Source: an uncultured Stakelama sp.
GTDB lineage: Bacteria; Pseudomonadota; Alphaproteobacteria; Sphingomonadales; Sphingomonadaceae
Direction of reading: 5' to 3'
Length of the DNA: 64,000 nt
NCBI GenBank assembly: GCA_964449575.1
Contig: CAYUYZ010000001.1
Span: forward strand, 111,944 to 175,943
Program-made: the position numbers and the translations under genes
Part shown: positions 19,364 through 27,071 of the stretch, piece after piece
How positions within the stretch are numbered: position 1 is the first letter of the stretch
Layout: each line of letters begins with the position of its first letter
Notes under the pieces: model-generated
What the model saw: the letters and a program-made list of their open reading frames with translations, nothing else
Told to the model about the DNA's origin: nothing
Database searches by the model: none

Positions 19364-19386
19364 AACCGCGCCGGTCCTGATCCGTT
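19362..19386 (+). promoter_or_regulatory. EcfG-type promoter-like element
   Basis: GCAAC-N16-CGTT lies 33 nt upstream of the ATG at 19419. The upstream 25-mer is paralogous to the one at 18921-18945. Confidence 0.3.
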
Positions 19387-19418
19387 GAGGGAGGACCAAC
19401 CACCACAGGAGAATTCCC

Positions 19419-19913
19419 ATGCGCAAGGCCATGATGGCGCTGGCGGCACTGACTGCTTTTTGCAGTGCAATGCCCGCGACGGCGCAGGAGTATCAGAATG
19501 ATCGGCGCGCCGACCGTCGCGATGCCCGGCAGGATAATCGCGCCGACCGCCGCGATGCTCGACAGGATAATCGCGAGGCGCGCCGCGATTGGCGCCAATA
19601 TCGCCGCTACGACTATAACCGGCTGCCGCGGGGCCAGCAGCGCTATTATGCCGACCAATATTATCGCGACGGGCGCTATTATCAGCAGCGTCGGCTGAGC
19701 CGCAACGACCGGGTCTATCGCGGCAATGACGGTCGATACTATTGCCGCCGCAACGATGGCACGACGGGCCTGATCATCGGCGGTGCCGCTGGCGGCCTGC
19801 TCGGCAACTCGATCGCGCCGGGCGGCTCGAAGACGCTGGGGACTATCCTGGGCGCCTTGGGCGGTGCAGCGATCGGCAATTCGGTGGATCGTGGCAACAT
19901 CAACTGCCGCTGA
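19419..19913 (+). CDS. glycine-zipper 2TM domain protein with Arg/Asp-rich repeat region
   Basis: 164 aa with a signal peptide, an RADRRDARQDN tandem repeat, a Tyr/Arg-rich segment, and GLIIGGAAGGLLGNSI...LGALGGAAIGNSV. Confidence 0.7.
   Translation: MRKAMMALAALTAFCSAMPATAQEYQNDRRADRRDARQDNRADRRDARQDNREARRDWRQYRRYDYNRLPRGQQRYYADQYYRDGRYYQQRRLSRNDRVYRGNDGRYYCRRNDGTTGLIIGGAAGGLLGNSIAPGGSKTLGTILGALGGAAIGNSVDRGNINCR
19509..19574 (+). repeat. 33-bp in-frame tandem repeat, 2 full copies plus a partial
   Basis: GCCGACCGTCGCGATGCCCGGCAGGATAATCGC is followed by GCCGACCGCCGCGATGCTCGACAGGATAATCGC. Confidence 0.8.
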
Positions 19914-19970
19914 TCAATGGCTGTCGTGATGTGACGTGGGCTCGGCGGCAACGCCGGGCCCGCGTCGCGT

Positions 19971-20192
19971 TCAGAGAATGCCGAAGCCGAGCCACAGCCG
20001 CACGAACCCAACCACGATCACGAAGATGTTGAAGTTGCGCCCCGATTGGTGGCGCGAAAACATGCCGACGACTGCGCCGACGATCGCGATCGGAATCGAC
20101 AGCCAGTTGAGCGCGCCCAGGAGCGGGATGAAGCCGATCAGCGCGATCGGCAGCGCGATCAGGCCAATGAGGATCGAAATCAAGTTGAGCAT
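19971..20192 (-). CDS. small hypothetical membrane protein
   Basis: 73 aa, almost entirely hydrophobic, with two to three helices. Confidence 0.5.
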   Translation of the reverse strand: MLNLISILIGLIALPIALIGFIPLLGALNWLSIPIAIVGAVVGMFSRHQSGRNFNIFVIVVGFVRLWLGFGIL

Positions 20193-20288
20193 GCGGATCC
20201 TTTAGCCGATCCGTGAGTGTGTTGCAATGATAATGCACTTACGCCGAAGCCACGCTTCTTTAACCGTCTTGCGGCATGAACGGCGGCT

Positions 20289-21047
20289 ATGTCGATCTGT
20301 TCCCCTTTGCGCGCCGCGACTGTGGCGATGATCGCCCTGCTGCTGCCGCTTGCCGCCTGCGGTGGCGGGGGCGCCGACAATAGCCTCGATGCGCTCGACG
20401 CCGAGTTGAATGACGGCAATGCGCAAGCCAATGCCCGCGACCCGGCGCTGACGAGCGCGCTGCACGACCAGATCATGGTCGACCCCAATCTCGCCAGCCA
20501 AAGCAACCGCGACGCGATCCGCCCGCCGAGCCAGCCCTATGCCGCGCCGGTGCCGACTGCGAAAGGCGCGCCGGTTGCGGGTGATGTGCGGGTGAGCGAG
20601 GCGACCAAGACCGCGCCTGCCGCCAAATCCGATTGCCCCAATTGCAAGGCGCAGCGCGAGTCGATGACGCTCGGAGGCCTTGCGTCGCGTCAGGCTGATC
20701 GGCGCACGGCGGCTTGTGCCGCCAATGTCAGCTATTCGACGCGCTGGTCGCTGCGGCTGCCCGCCGACATGCCGCTCTATCCTGACGCACATGTGGTCGA
20801 AGCCGCAGGCAATGCCGACAATGGCTGTGCTCTGCGCATCGTCAGCTTCACCAGCCGCGCGCCGGTGCAAAGCGTGATCGATTTCTACTACACGCGCGCG
20901 ACCAATGGCGGCTATTCGGCGGATCATCAGGCCGATGCCGAAGGGCATGTGCTGGCGGGATCGCGCGGCAATGATGCCTATGCGGTGTTCGTGACCAAGG
21001 TGGGGGGCGGGACGCAGGTCGATCTGGTCGCCAATAACGGGCGTTAA
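20289..21047 (+). CDS. hypothetical lipoprotein
   Basis: 252 aa. The signal peptide carries the lipobox LPLAAC followed by GGGG. Confidence 0.6.
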   Translation: MSICSPLRAATVAMIALLLPLAACGGGGADNSLDALDAELNDGNAQANARDPALTSALHDQIMVDPNLASQSNRDAIRPPSQPYAAPVPTAKGAPVAGDVRVSEATKTAPAAKSDCPNCKAQRESMTLGGLASRQADRRTAACAANVSYSTRWSLRLPADMPLYPDAHVVEAAGNADNGCALRIVSFTSRAPVQSVIDFYYTRATNGGYSADHQADAEGHVLAGSRGNDAYAVFVTKVGGGTQVDLVANNGR

Positions 21048-21058
21048 CCGGCTTTTTT

Positions 21059-21249
21059 GGTTCACGCGGAGGCGCGGCGACGCGGAGATTTTTGTTCGCG
21101 CAGAGGCGCAGAGGGCGCAGAGAGACGTTGCTCGCGGCGATCCTTCGGCGCAGCCGAAACCAGGTAGCCCGTTGTATCACTGGATAAAGGTCTCGCTGAC
21201 GCGAGACAGTGGCAACACGCCTCAGCGTCTCCGTGCCTCCGCGTGAACC
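21059..21249. repeat. MITE-like element with ~26-bp imperfect terminal inverted repeats (family 4, GGTTCACGCGGAGGCGCGG...)
   Basis: The left end GGTTCACGCGGAGGCGCGGCGACGCGG matches the reverse complement of the right end AGCGTCTCCGTGCCTCCGCGTGAACC. It lies between the lipoprotein gene and crcB. Confidence 0.6.
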
Positions 21250-21302
21250 AACCTCGAGCCCCCACCAGTTCCCAAAGCGCCCGGTTCGCGCTAGGCGCGG
21301 GC

Positions 21303-21668
21303 ATGGTCAATCTTTTCCTCGTGATGGCAGGCGGCGCCTTGGGGGCCGGGGCGCGCTACCTTGTCGGGCTGTCGTTCGCCGGTGCGCGTTACCCTTGGGG
21401 GACGCTCGCGGTGAATATCGCGGGCGCGCTGGCGATGGGCTTGCTCGCGGGTGTCGTCGCCAAGGGGCTGGCGGGGGAGCCTGCGCGGTTGTTGCTTGGG
21501 GTTGGCGTGCTGGGTGGTTTCACGACTTTTTCCGCATTCTCGCTCGAGCTGGTGACGATGGCCGAGCGGGGCGCGCTCGCCACCGCGCTGGGCTATGCGG
21601 TGGCCTCGGTGATCGGCTCGGTGCTGGCGCTCGCCGCGGGCCTTGCCGCCGTGAGGGCCATCGCATGA
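21303..21668 (+). CDS. crcB: fluoride ion channel CrcB
   Basis: The product starts MVNLFLVMAGGALGAGARYLVG. 121 aa with four TM helices. The upstream part of the ORF lies inside the repeat element. Confidence 0.85.
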   Translation: MVNLFLVMAGGALGAGARYLVGLSFAGARYPWGTLAVNIAGALAMGLLAGVVAKGLAGEPARLLLGVGVLGGFTTFSAFSLELVTMAERGALATALGYAVASVIGSVLALAAGLAAVRAIA

Positions 21669-22768
21669 GCGACGTGCGGCAATTCACCGTCTCGGCCGAG
21701 GATGACGGCATCCGGCTCGATCGCTGGTTCAAGCGGCATCTCGAGGACACGAGCTTCACCACCGTCGCCAAATGGGCGCGCACCGGGCAGCTGCGCATCG
21801 ACGGCGCGCGCGCGACGCCGGGCGACCGGCTGGTCGCGGGGCAAGTGCTCCGCCTGCCGCCAGCCGAGCCGCCGCGAACCGATGCGCCGCAGAAGCGCGA
21901 ACGCGCGCCGATCACCGAGGATCAGGCCGCCTTCATCCAGGAAATGGTGATCCACAAGGATGCCCAAGCAATCGTGCTCAACAAGCCGCCCGGCCTCGCA
22001 ACGCAAGGGGGCACCAAGACCACCGAGCATGTCGATGCCCTCCTCGACGGCGTGCAGTTCGAAAGCGAAGGACGCCCGAAGCTCGTCCACCGGCTCGACA
22101 AGGATACCAGCGGCGTGCTGCTGGTCGCGCGCAATGCCCGCGCCGCCGGGTTCTTCGCCAAGAGCTTCTCCAGCCGCACCGCGCGCAAAGTCTATTGGGC
22201 GCTCGTCGTCGGCGTGCCGCACATCCACGACGGGATGATCGAGCTGCCGATCGCCAAGCAACCCGGCACCGGCGGCGAGAAGATGCACGTCGACGAAGCT
22301 GAGGGCGCCGCCGCGCGCACCCGCTACCGCGTGATCGAGCGCGCCGGCAACCGCGCGGCCTGGGTCGAGCTGCAACCCTTTACCGGGCGCACGCATCAGC
22401 TGCGCGTGCACATGGCCGCGATTGGCCACCCGATCGTCGGCGACGGCAAGTACGGCGGGCAAGCGGCGTTCCTGACCGGGGGCGTCAGCCGCAAGATGCA
22501 CCTGCACGCCAGGCGGCTGCGGATCGACCATCCCGACGGCGGGCAGATTGACGTCGGCGCCGAGCTGCCGCACCACTTCGTCGAAAGCCTCGCGCTGCTG
22601 GGGTTCGAGGAGCGGCAGGGCGACCTGATGCCGCTCGACGAGCCGAAGTTCAGCGAGACGGCCGAAGGGAAGCGCCGCGCCACCGCCGCCATCGCCAAGT
22701 CGCGGCGGCAGGACCGCAAGGGCGAGCGGCGCGGGCGGACCAGGGCTGCGCCACCGCCGAAGCGGTAG
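21665..22768 (+). CDS. RluA-family 23S rRNA pseudouridine synthase (RluC/RluD-like)
   Basis: The ATG overlaps the crcB stop (ATGA). It has an S4 domain (IRLDRWFKRHL), HRLDKDTSGVLLVAR and RTHQLRVH motifs. Confidence 0.85.
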   Translation: MSDVRQFTVSAEDDGIRLDRWFKRHLEDTSFTTVAKWARTGQLRIDGARATPGDRLVAGQVLRLPPAEPPRTDAPQKRERAPITEDQAAFIQEMVIHKDAQAIVLNKPPGLATQGGTKTTEHVDALLDGVQFESEGRPKLVHRLDKDTSGVLLVARNARAAGFFAKSFSSRTARKVYWALVVGVPHIHDGMIELPIAKQPGTGGEKMHVDEAEGAAARTRYRVIERAGNRAAWVELQPFTGRTHQLRVHMAAIGHPIVGDGKYGGQAAFLTGGVSRKMHLHARRLRIDHPDGGQIDVGAELPHHFVESLALLGFEERQGDLMPLDEPKFSETAEGKRRATAAIAKSRRQDRKGERRGRTRAAPPPKR

Positions 22769-22774
22769 CGGGCG

Positions 22775-23374
22775 ATGCACCCGAACAACGCCTTTCGCGG
22801 GAAGCCGGGGAGCGATCCGCTCGACGAGATCGCGGCGATTGCGTTCGCGCGGATCTTCGCTGCGACCCCGGAAGGCCCGCGCGTTGCCCATGCCCCGGTG
22901 CTGCGGACGGGCCCCGACCGGCTGCGCTTTCACTTGGCGAATTATAATGCGCTCGTGCCGCCTCTGAATGGCGCGACCGCGCTGATCGTGGCCGAAGGCC
23001 CCAACGGCTATCTGAGCGCGAACTGGTACGCCGATGTGCGCGGCGCGGTGCCGACGTGGAACTATGTCGCGGTCGAGGCTGAGGGGACGGTCGCCGCACT
23101 CGACCGGGCGGCGCTGATCGATTTGCTCGACGGCTTGTCGGCCGCGCTCGAACCTCGAGTCGGCGAGGACTGGACGCGGGCGAAGATGGAAGTGCCGCGC
23201 TTCGAGGCGATGCTGAACGCGATCACGGCGTTCGAGATGACGGTGACCGCGACACGCGCGACGCACAAGCTGAGCCAGAACAAGACCGCGGCTGAAGCCG
23301 AGCGGCTGATCGCGGCGATGGCCGCGCAGAGCGATGCGGCGACCGCTGAAGCGATGCGCAAGGCTCGGGACTAG
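22775..23374 (+). CDS. FMN-binding negative transcriptional regulator (PaiB family)
   Basis: 199 aa with VPTWNYVAVEAEG and HKLSQNK motifs typical of PaiB. Confidence 0.8.
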   Translation: MHPNNAFRGKPGSDPLDEIAAIAFARIFAATPEGPRVAHAPVLRTGPDRLRFHLANYNALVPPLNGATALIVAEGPNGYLSANWYADVRGAVPTWNYVAVEAEGTVAALDRAALIDLLDGLSAALEPRVGEDWTRAKMEVPRFEAMLNAITAFEMTVTATRATHKLSQNKTAAEAERLIAAMAAQSDAATAEAMRKARD

Positions 23375-23425
23375 CGGCGCGCAACCGCCCCCTAATCGGT
23401 CTCCGCGCCGTGCGGCAAGCGCTGC

Positions 23426-24172
23426 TTAGCGGCGGAACAGGCCTTTGAGCCAGCTCGGCACACCCGATGATTTTTTCGCATCGGCATCGTCATCGCTGCT
23501 CGAATCCACCTGACGGCGGATGGCTCTGATCCGCGCTGATGCATCGTCGGCGGAGATGCTGCGGTAATCGAGCGGCTCGGTTGGGCGTGGTTCGCGGATG
23601 TCGTCGGCGACATCGTCGGGGTCGACCGGAAGCTGGTCGTGGAAATCGTCCGCATTGTCATAGCTTGCCACCTCGCGCCCGGGGAGCGTGAGCCGTTGCA
23701 GATCGGGGTGAAGTTTGACCCGGGCATTGGTCATCGACTGCTGGCGCTCGAGCAGCAGGTCGATATCGCCCAGCCTGCCGTCTTCGATCGCTTCGGCAAA
23801 TTCGGAGTCGGGCTCATGTCCCGCCGCCTGCAAGAAATCATAAGCGATTTCGGCGCGGGGGTAGCCCGATGTGTTGAAGCGTTCGGCGATGTAGCGCAGC
23901 ATCGGCGCGACGGCATAAGGGTCATCGCCCATCTTGGCGCCGTCGGTTTCATAGTCATAGGCGGTGGGCTCGCCGCGCCAGAAGATCAGCATCGCGGTGG
24001 CTTTGTCGCAGCTCGGCTGGCTGACGATCCAGAACAGGCCGTTGAGCCCGTCATCCCAATTATGCGTGAACGCATAGCGATGCCAGTCATCGGGCGACCG
24101 ACTTTGGAGGAATTGAAGTTCCTGCGCGCGAAAACGCGCTTCGGCCTGCTCGAACTGATCGACTTGCTGCAT
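23426..24172 (-). CDS. hypothetical protein (DUF4274-like N-terminal region, acidic C-terminus)
   Basis: 248-aa ORF with good codon bias. The family call is from memory only. Confidence 0.5.
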   Translation of the reverse strand: MQQVDQFEQAEARFRAQELQFLQSRSPDDWHRYAFTHNWDDGLNGLFWIVSQPSCDKATAMLIFWRGEPTAYDYETDGAKMGDDPYAVAPMLRYIAERFNTSGYPRAEIAYDFLQAAGHEPDSEFAEAIEDGRLGDIDLLLERQQSMTNARVKLHPDLQRLTLPGREVASYDNADDFHDQLPVDPDDVADDIREPRPTEPLDYRSISADDASARIRAIRRQVDSSSDDDADAKKSSGVPSWLKGLFRR

Positions 24173-24368
24173 GGTCGCTTCGATTCCGGTCTGGTGACGA
24201 CGACAAATGTTAGGGGGAGCGTAGCCGAAGAGGTTTAAGGCATGTTGAATGCGTCGATGCCGGGCGGTTTGGGGTGAGGGGGCGGGTTAGCGCGGGACGC
24301 CTTCGGGTTTTTAGGACCCGCTGTCGGTTGGTTTCGGGCGACGTCCGGACACCTTGTGCGTCGCCTAG

Positions 24369-24404
24369 GGCCTGTTTCTCGACTTCGCTCGAAACGAACG
24401 GGGG
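24369..24404. repeat. solo half-copy of palindromic repeat family 2
   Basis: GGCCTGTTTCTCGACTTCGCTCGAAACGAACGGGG, with no partner arm upstream. Confidence 0.7.
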
Positions 24405-24859
24405 GTGGAGGATCCGCGGGTCAGCGCAGAGGACACGCCAAGGCGCGGGCGCGTGGATACGCGCTCGCGGGGAGACGGGGGGGGACAATCGACCGGCGCG
24501 TCCTGCCACGGGCATCCGGGGCTTGACGACTTTGGGTAGTTCAATCTGCAAGCGTCAAGGCTTGGCAAGTCGACGATGAAGGTGCACGCCCCGGCTCCGA
24601 CACCGGTCAAAGTGGCATCCGCATCGGCGTTGAGGGAAACCCCGCCACCGCTGCTTCGCGTGCATTTAGCCTAGTCTCCTTCACCGCCCAGTTGCGGAAA
24701 ATCCGTCTTCTATCCACGGATGGCTCCGCGCCGGTCGATTGATCGGTCGGGGTTTAGCCCTGCCGATCGCAGCCATCATTCCGCTTACGTACCGGCCGGA
24801 TACGGTTGGAATGACGGGCAGACTTATAACCCAAATGGTTGTAAATGTCAAGCGAAGAT

Positions 24860-24867
24860 GTTGCTGT
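24860..24867. repeat. target-site duplication (left copy) GTTGCTGT
   Basis: An identical 8-mer directly abuts the outer ends of both terminal inverted repeats; the other copy is at 32153-32160. Confidence 0.85.
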
Positions 24868-24911
24868 GGTGGTGACGCAGTTTGAATTCTGGGGTTAGGG
24901 AAACTCAACAC
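24868..24911. repeat. terminal inverted repeat (transposase-proximal end)
   Basis: GGTGGTGACGCAGTTTGAATTCTGGGGTTAGGGAAACTCAACAC. Confidence 0.9.
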
Positions 24912-24939
24912 TGGCCTTGTATCGCGCCGGGAGCGCCTC

Positions 24940-26106
24940 TCAGCGCGGTCCACGATAGCCGCCCTGATTCCTATAGGACCCGAGGCACATTTTGCAGATA
25001 TAGTGCCGATCAGGTTCGAGTTCCACCGCAGCGGCCATCGCCTCGCCAAATGAGTGATGTCCCTTCCAACTGCCGTGTTTGCCAGTGCTTCGATCGGCCT
25101 CGTCCCGCCGCTTGCTGTGATGGCAATCAGACGTGTGGATGTTTGCCCGATATTGGGTCGGGTTATGATAGACCCAATGGGAAGGCGCATTTTCATTTGC
25201 GGGCACGGGTGCCCCTGCATCGTCATTAGCTGCCTGCTGTCGCAGACGTTCCTTCACGAACGCATTCGTCCGATCGACCAGCTCAGAGACTTCCCAAATG
25301 TGATCTGTCAGCCCCGCCGCCATCGCTGGGGGCATACGAAGTTTGCTGTGGATACGACAAAAGTTGGTGTACATTGCCCAGAGAGCGAGATGTCGTTTGG
25401 CGTTCAGCAGCTTTTTCGAGAACGCGTTAGTCCTTCGGGTAAAGCGCTTGATGTCCATGCGAACATTGAGATTTACTCGTTCAATGTAAGACGTGTGAAT
25501 CTCTCCGAATAGCGGGCTTCCGATGATGGGCACACGATCCGCCCCAACGTACCGCTCTCGGCCCAGCTTCTTGCCATTTTTCCCGAACTTTTCGTATTTT
25601 TTGATAAACATACCGAACTCGGCATCGGTCCCAAATGCAACCGCTGCCGCTTCTTTGTAGGCGGGAAGGCCGTCGGTAATGATGGTTGGCCGAACCGCGA
25701 AGCCACCTGCCGGCGCTCGCCGAAGTTTGCGCGCAATCGATTTGAAAAAGTCGGTCGCGTCATACACTTCGCGAGTGGCGGGCAGAAAATCGACAATCAT
25801 CTTGGATTCGGCATCGACAGCTAGATATACCCAGACGGTGCCAAGCCCGGATTTCGGCTGACCAGTTCTCCGGTCAACACGATCCCGCGTCCCCACGAAA
25901 GTGTGAAACTCGTCCGCCTGTATCCAGCGGCACTCCAAATCTCTGAGCTCCTCGAAATAGGCGATCGCCATGTCGCCGGCATCCTCGAACAGCTTCATCA
26001 CCGTGTTGAAACTGTGCTGGTGCTTGCGCTCAACAGAGCGGAGGGACGCCCCTTCAACGAGGTCGTGGAGTATCATCTTCTGTCGAGAAGCGTCCAGTCG
26101 GTTCAC
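24940..26106 (-). CDS. IS1 family transposase, single-ORF type with extra Cys/His-rich C-terminal region
   Basis: 388 aa. It has an N-terminal HTH and IQADEFHTFVG, VWVYLAVDAESKMIVDF, IITDGLPAYKEA, TSYIERVNLNVRMDIKRFTRRTNAFSKK, which parallel the IS1 InsAB' DDE region. Confidence 0.8.
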   Translation of the reverse strand: MNRLDASRQKMILHDLVEGASLRSVERKHQHSFNTVMKLFEDAGDMAIAYFEELRDLECRWIQADEFHTFVGTRDRVDRRTGQPKSGLGTVWVYLAVDAESKMIVDFLPATREVYDATDFFKSIARKLRRAPAGGFAVRPTIITDGLPAYKEAAAVAFGTDAEFGMFIKKYEKFGKNGKKLGRERYVGADRVPIIGSPLFGEIHTSYIERVNLNVRMDIKRFTRRTNAFSKKLLNAKRHLALWAMYTNFCRIHSKLRMPPAMAAGLTDHIWEVSELVDRTNAFVKERLRQQAANDDAGAPVPANENAPSHWVYHNPTQYRANIHTSDCHHSKRRDEADRSTGKHGSWKGHHSFGEAMAAAVELEPDRHYICKMCLGSYRNQGGYRGPR

Positions 26107-26214
26107 CTGATTTGTTCTCCTTTCGTTTTTTGTGCTTCACAATCTCAGTTTCGGCGCTATACCGGGTCAACGAATCGGCACCCGATGCCGTGACCCATAG
26201 AGGGCCAGAGCAAA

Positions 26215-26415
26215 ATGGCAAGTTTTGATTTTGTGCTGATTGGCAGTGCTGTGCCGCAAAGGATCGAAGTGCCTGCCGACAACCTGACCAGTCTGGCGGC
26301 CTACATCGCGGGCGACCGGTTCATCACTGGCGAGCTTGCGCCCGATGAGTGGGGCGAAATCCGGCGTGTTTTGATTCCGACCAACCGGATACAAATGATT
26401 TTGGAGGGCGAGTAA
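26215..26415 (+). CDS. small hypothetical protein (first cargo gene)
   Basis: 66 aa. Its stop overlaps the next ATG (TAATG). There is a weak GAGGG upstream and no recognisable family. Confidence 0.4.
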   Translation: MASFDFVLIGSAVPQRIEVPADNLTSLAAYIAGDRFITGELAPDEWGEIRRVLIPTNRIQMILEGE

Positions 26416-26984
26416 TGAAGACTAGATTTGTTGAGGGAGTAGGCAACGTCGGTTTGAGCTACTTCACGCCGGCGGAAGTCGCCGCGATGACCGGGTTGGG
26501 TGCTGATTTGCAGCGGGTCTGGCGTCGCCGCGACCAACTGGCCGCGCCTGCGGAGGGCCAGATTGGTATCGACGCCGAAGAAGTGGCGGCGGTGGCAGTC
26601 CGTCATGCACTTACCACCTTTGGATTTTCTCCGACCGACACACTGTCGATCAGCCGTGAAGCAGCTTCCCAAGTTCTGTTCTATGCGCTCCTTTCGGACA
26701 CAGGGGCCGCTGACATCCGGGGGCCTCTCAAACGAATTGCAGAAATTGCCGGACAGTTTGAACAGGACGAGCGAATCGCGATGGCGATTTCCGGCATCAC
26801 CCAACCGATCACGCACTTGTGGAGCGCGGGACCGCCGGCGGTGGAATTTGCCAATGATGCCGCCGCCATGCTCTCGGAAGAGCGTTACCCCGTGATGCTC
26901 GTGATCGATTTAGCCTTGATGGGGCATAAGCTCGTCAGGGCCAGCACGAAGCCGCTCTTCCTCATTGATGTCACGAGCTTTTAG
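26415..26984 (+). CDS. hypothetical protein with putative N-terminal MerR/excisionase-like HTH
   Basis: 189 aa. The ATG is preceded by GGAGGG. FTPAEVAAMTGLGADLQRVWRRR resembles a short HTH. The start of the ORF-track entry was trimmed to this ATG. Confidence 0.5.
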   Translation: MKTRFVEGVGNVGLSYFTPAEVAAMTGLGADLQRVWRRRDQLAAPAEGQIGIDAEEVAAVAVRHALTTFGFSPTDTLSISREAASQVLFYALLSDTGAADIRGPLKRIAEIAGQFEQDERIAMAISGITQPITHLWSAGPPAVEFANDAAAMLSEERYPVMLVIDLALMGHKLVRASTKPLFLIDVTSF

Positions 26985-27071
26985 TGGTTGTTTCGATGTG
27001 GATACCGTACTTGGGCGCAGCGGCATGTCAGACCTCGCTCGGGCATCAACACAAGAGAAAGGGGGACGAGC

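Noticed and set aside
21050-21302. Fluoride riboswitch upstream of crcB
   Set aside because: The conserved crcB-motif core was not recognisable by eye, and the spacer is mostly occupied by an inverted-repeat element. An Infernal scan is needed to be certain.
21593-23266. 557-aa ORF antisense to the pseudouridine synthase and PaiB genes
   Set aside because: It spans two well-supported plus-strand genes and their spacer and has no motifs.
24881-24900. tRNA T-arm-like sequence (GTTTGAATTCTGGGG) suggesting a tRNA or attachment site at the element ends
   Set aside because: There is no acceptor stem, CCA context or cloverleaf. The sequence is part of the terminal inverted repeat present at both ends, so it is a transposon end rather than a tRNA fragment.
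24681-25229. 181-aa minus-strand and 115-aa plus-strand ORFs spanning the left transposon end
   Set aside because: They cross the target duplication and terminal repeat and overlap the 3' end of the transposase gene. They have no motifs or start signals.
26107-26214. Internal copy of the terminal repeat that would make the left 1.3 kb a standalone IS and the whole a composite
   Set aside because: Nothing resembling GGTGGTGACGCAG or its complement was seen in this spacer, so the single-unit interpretation is preferred.
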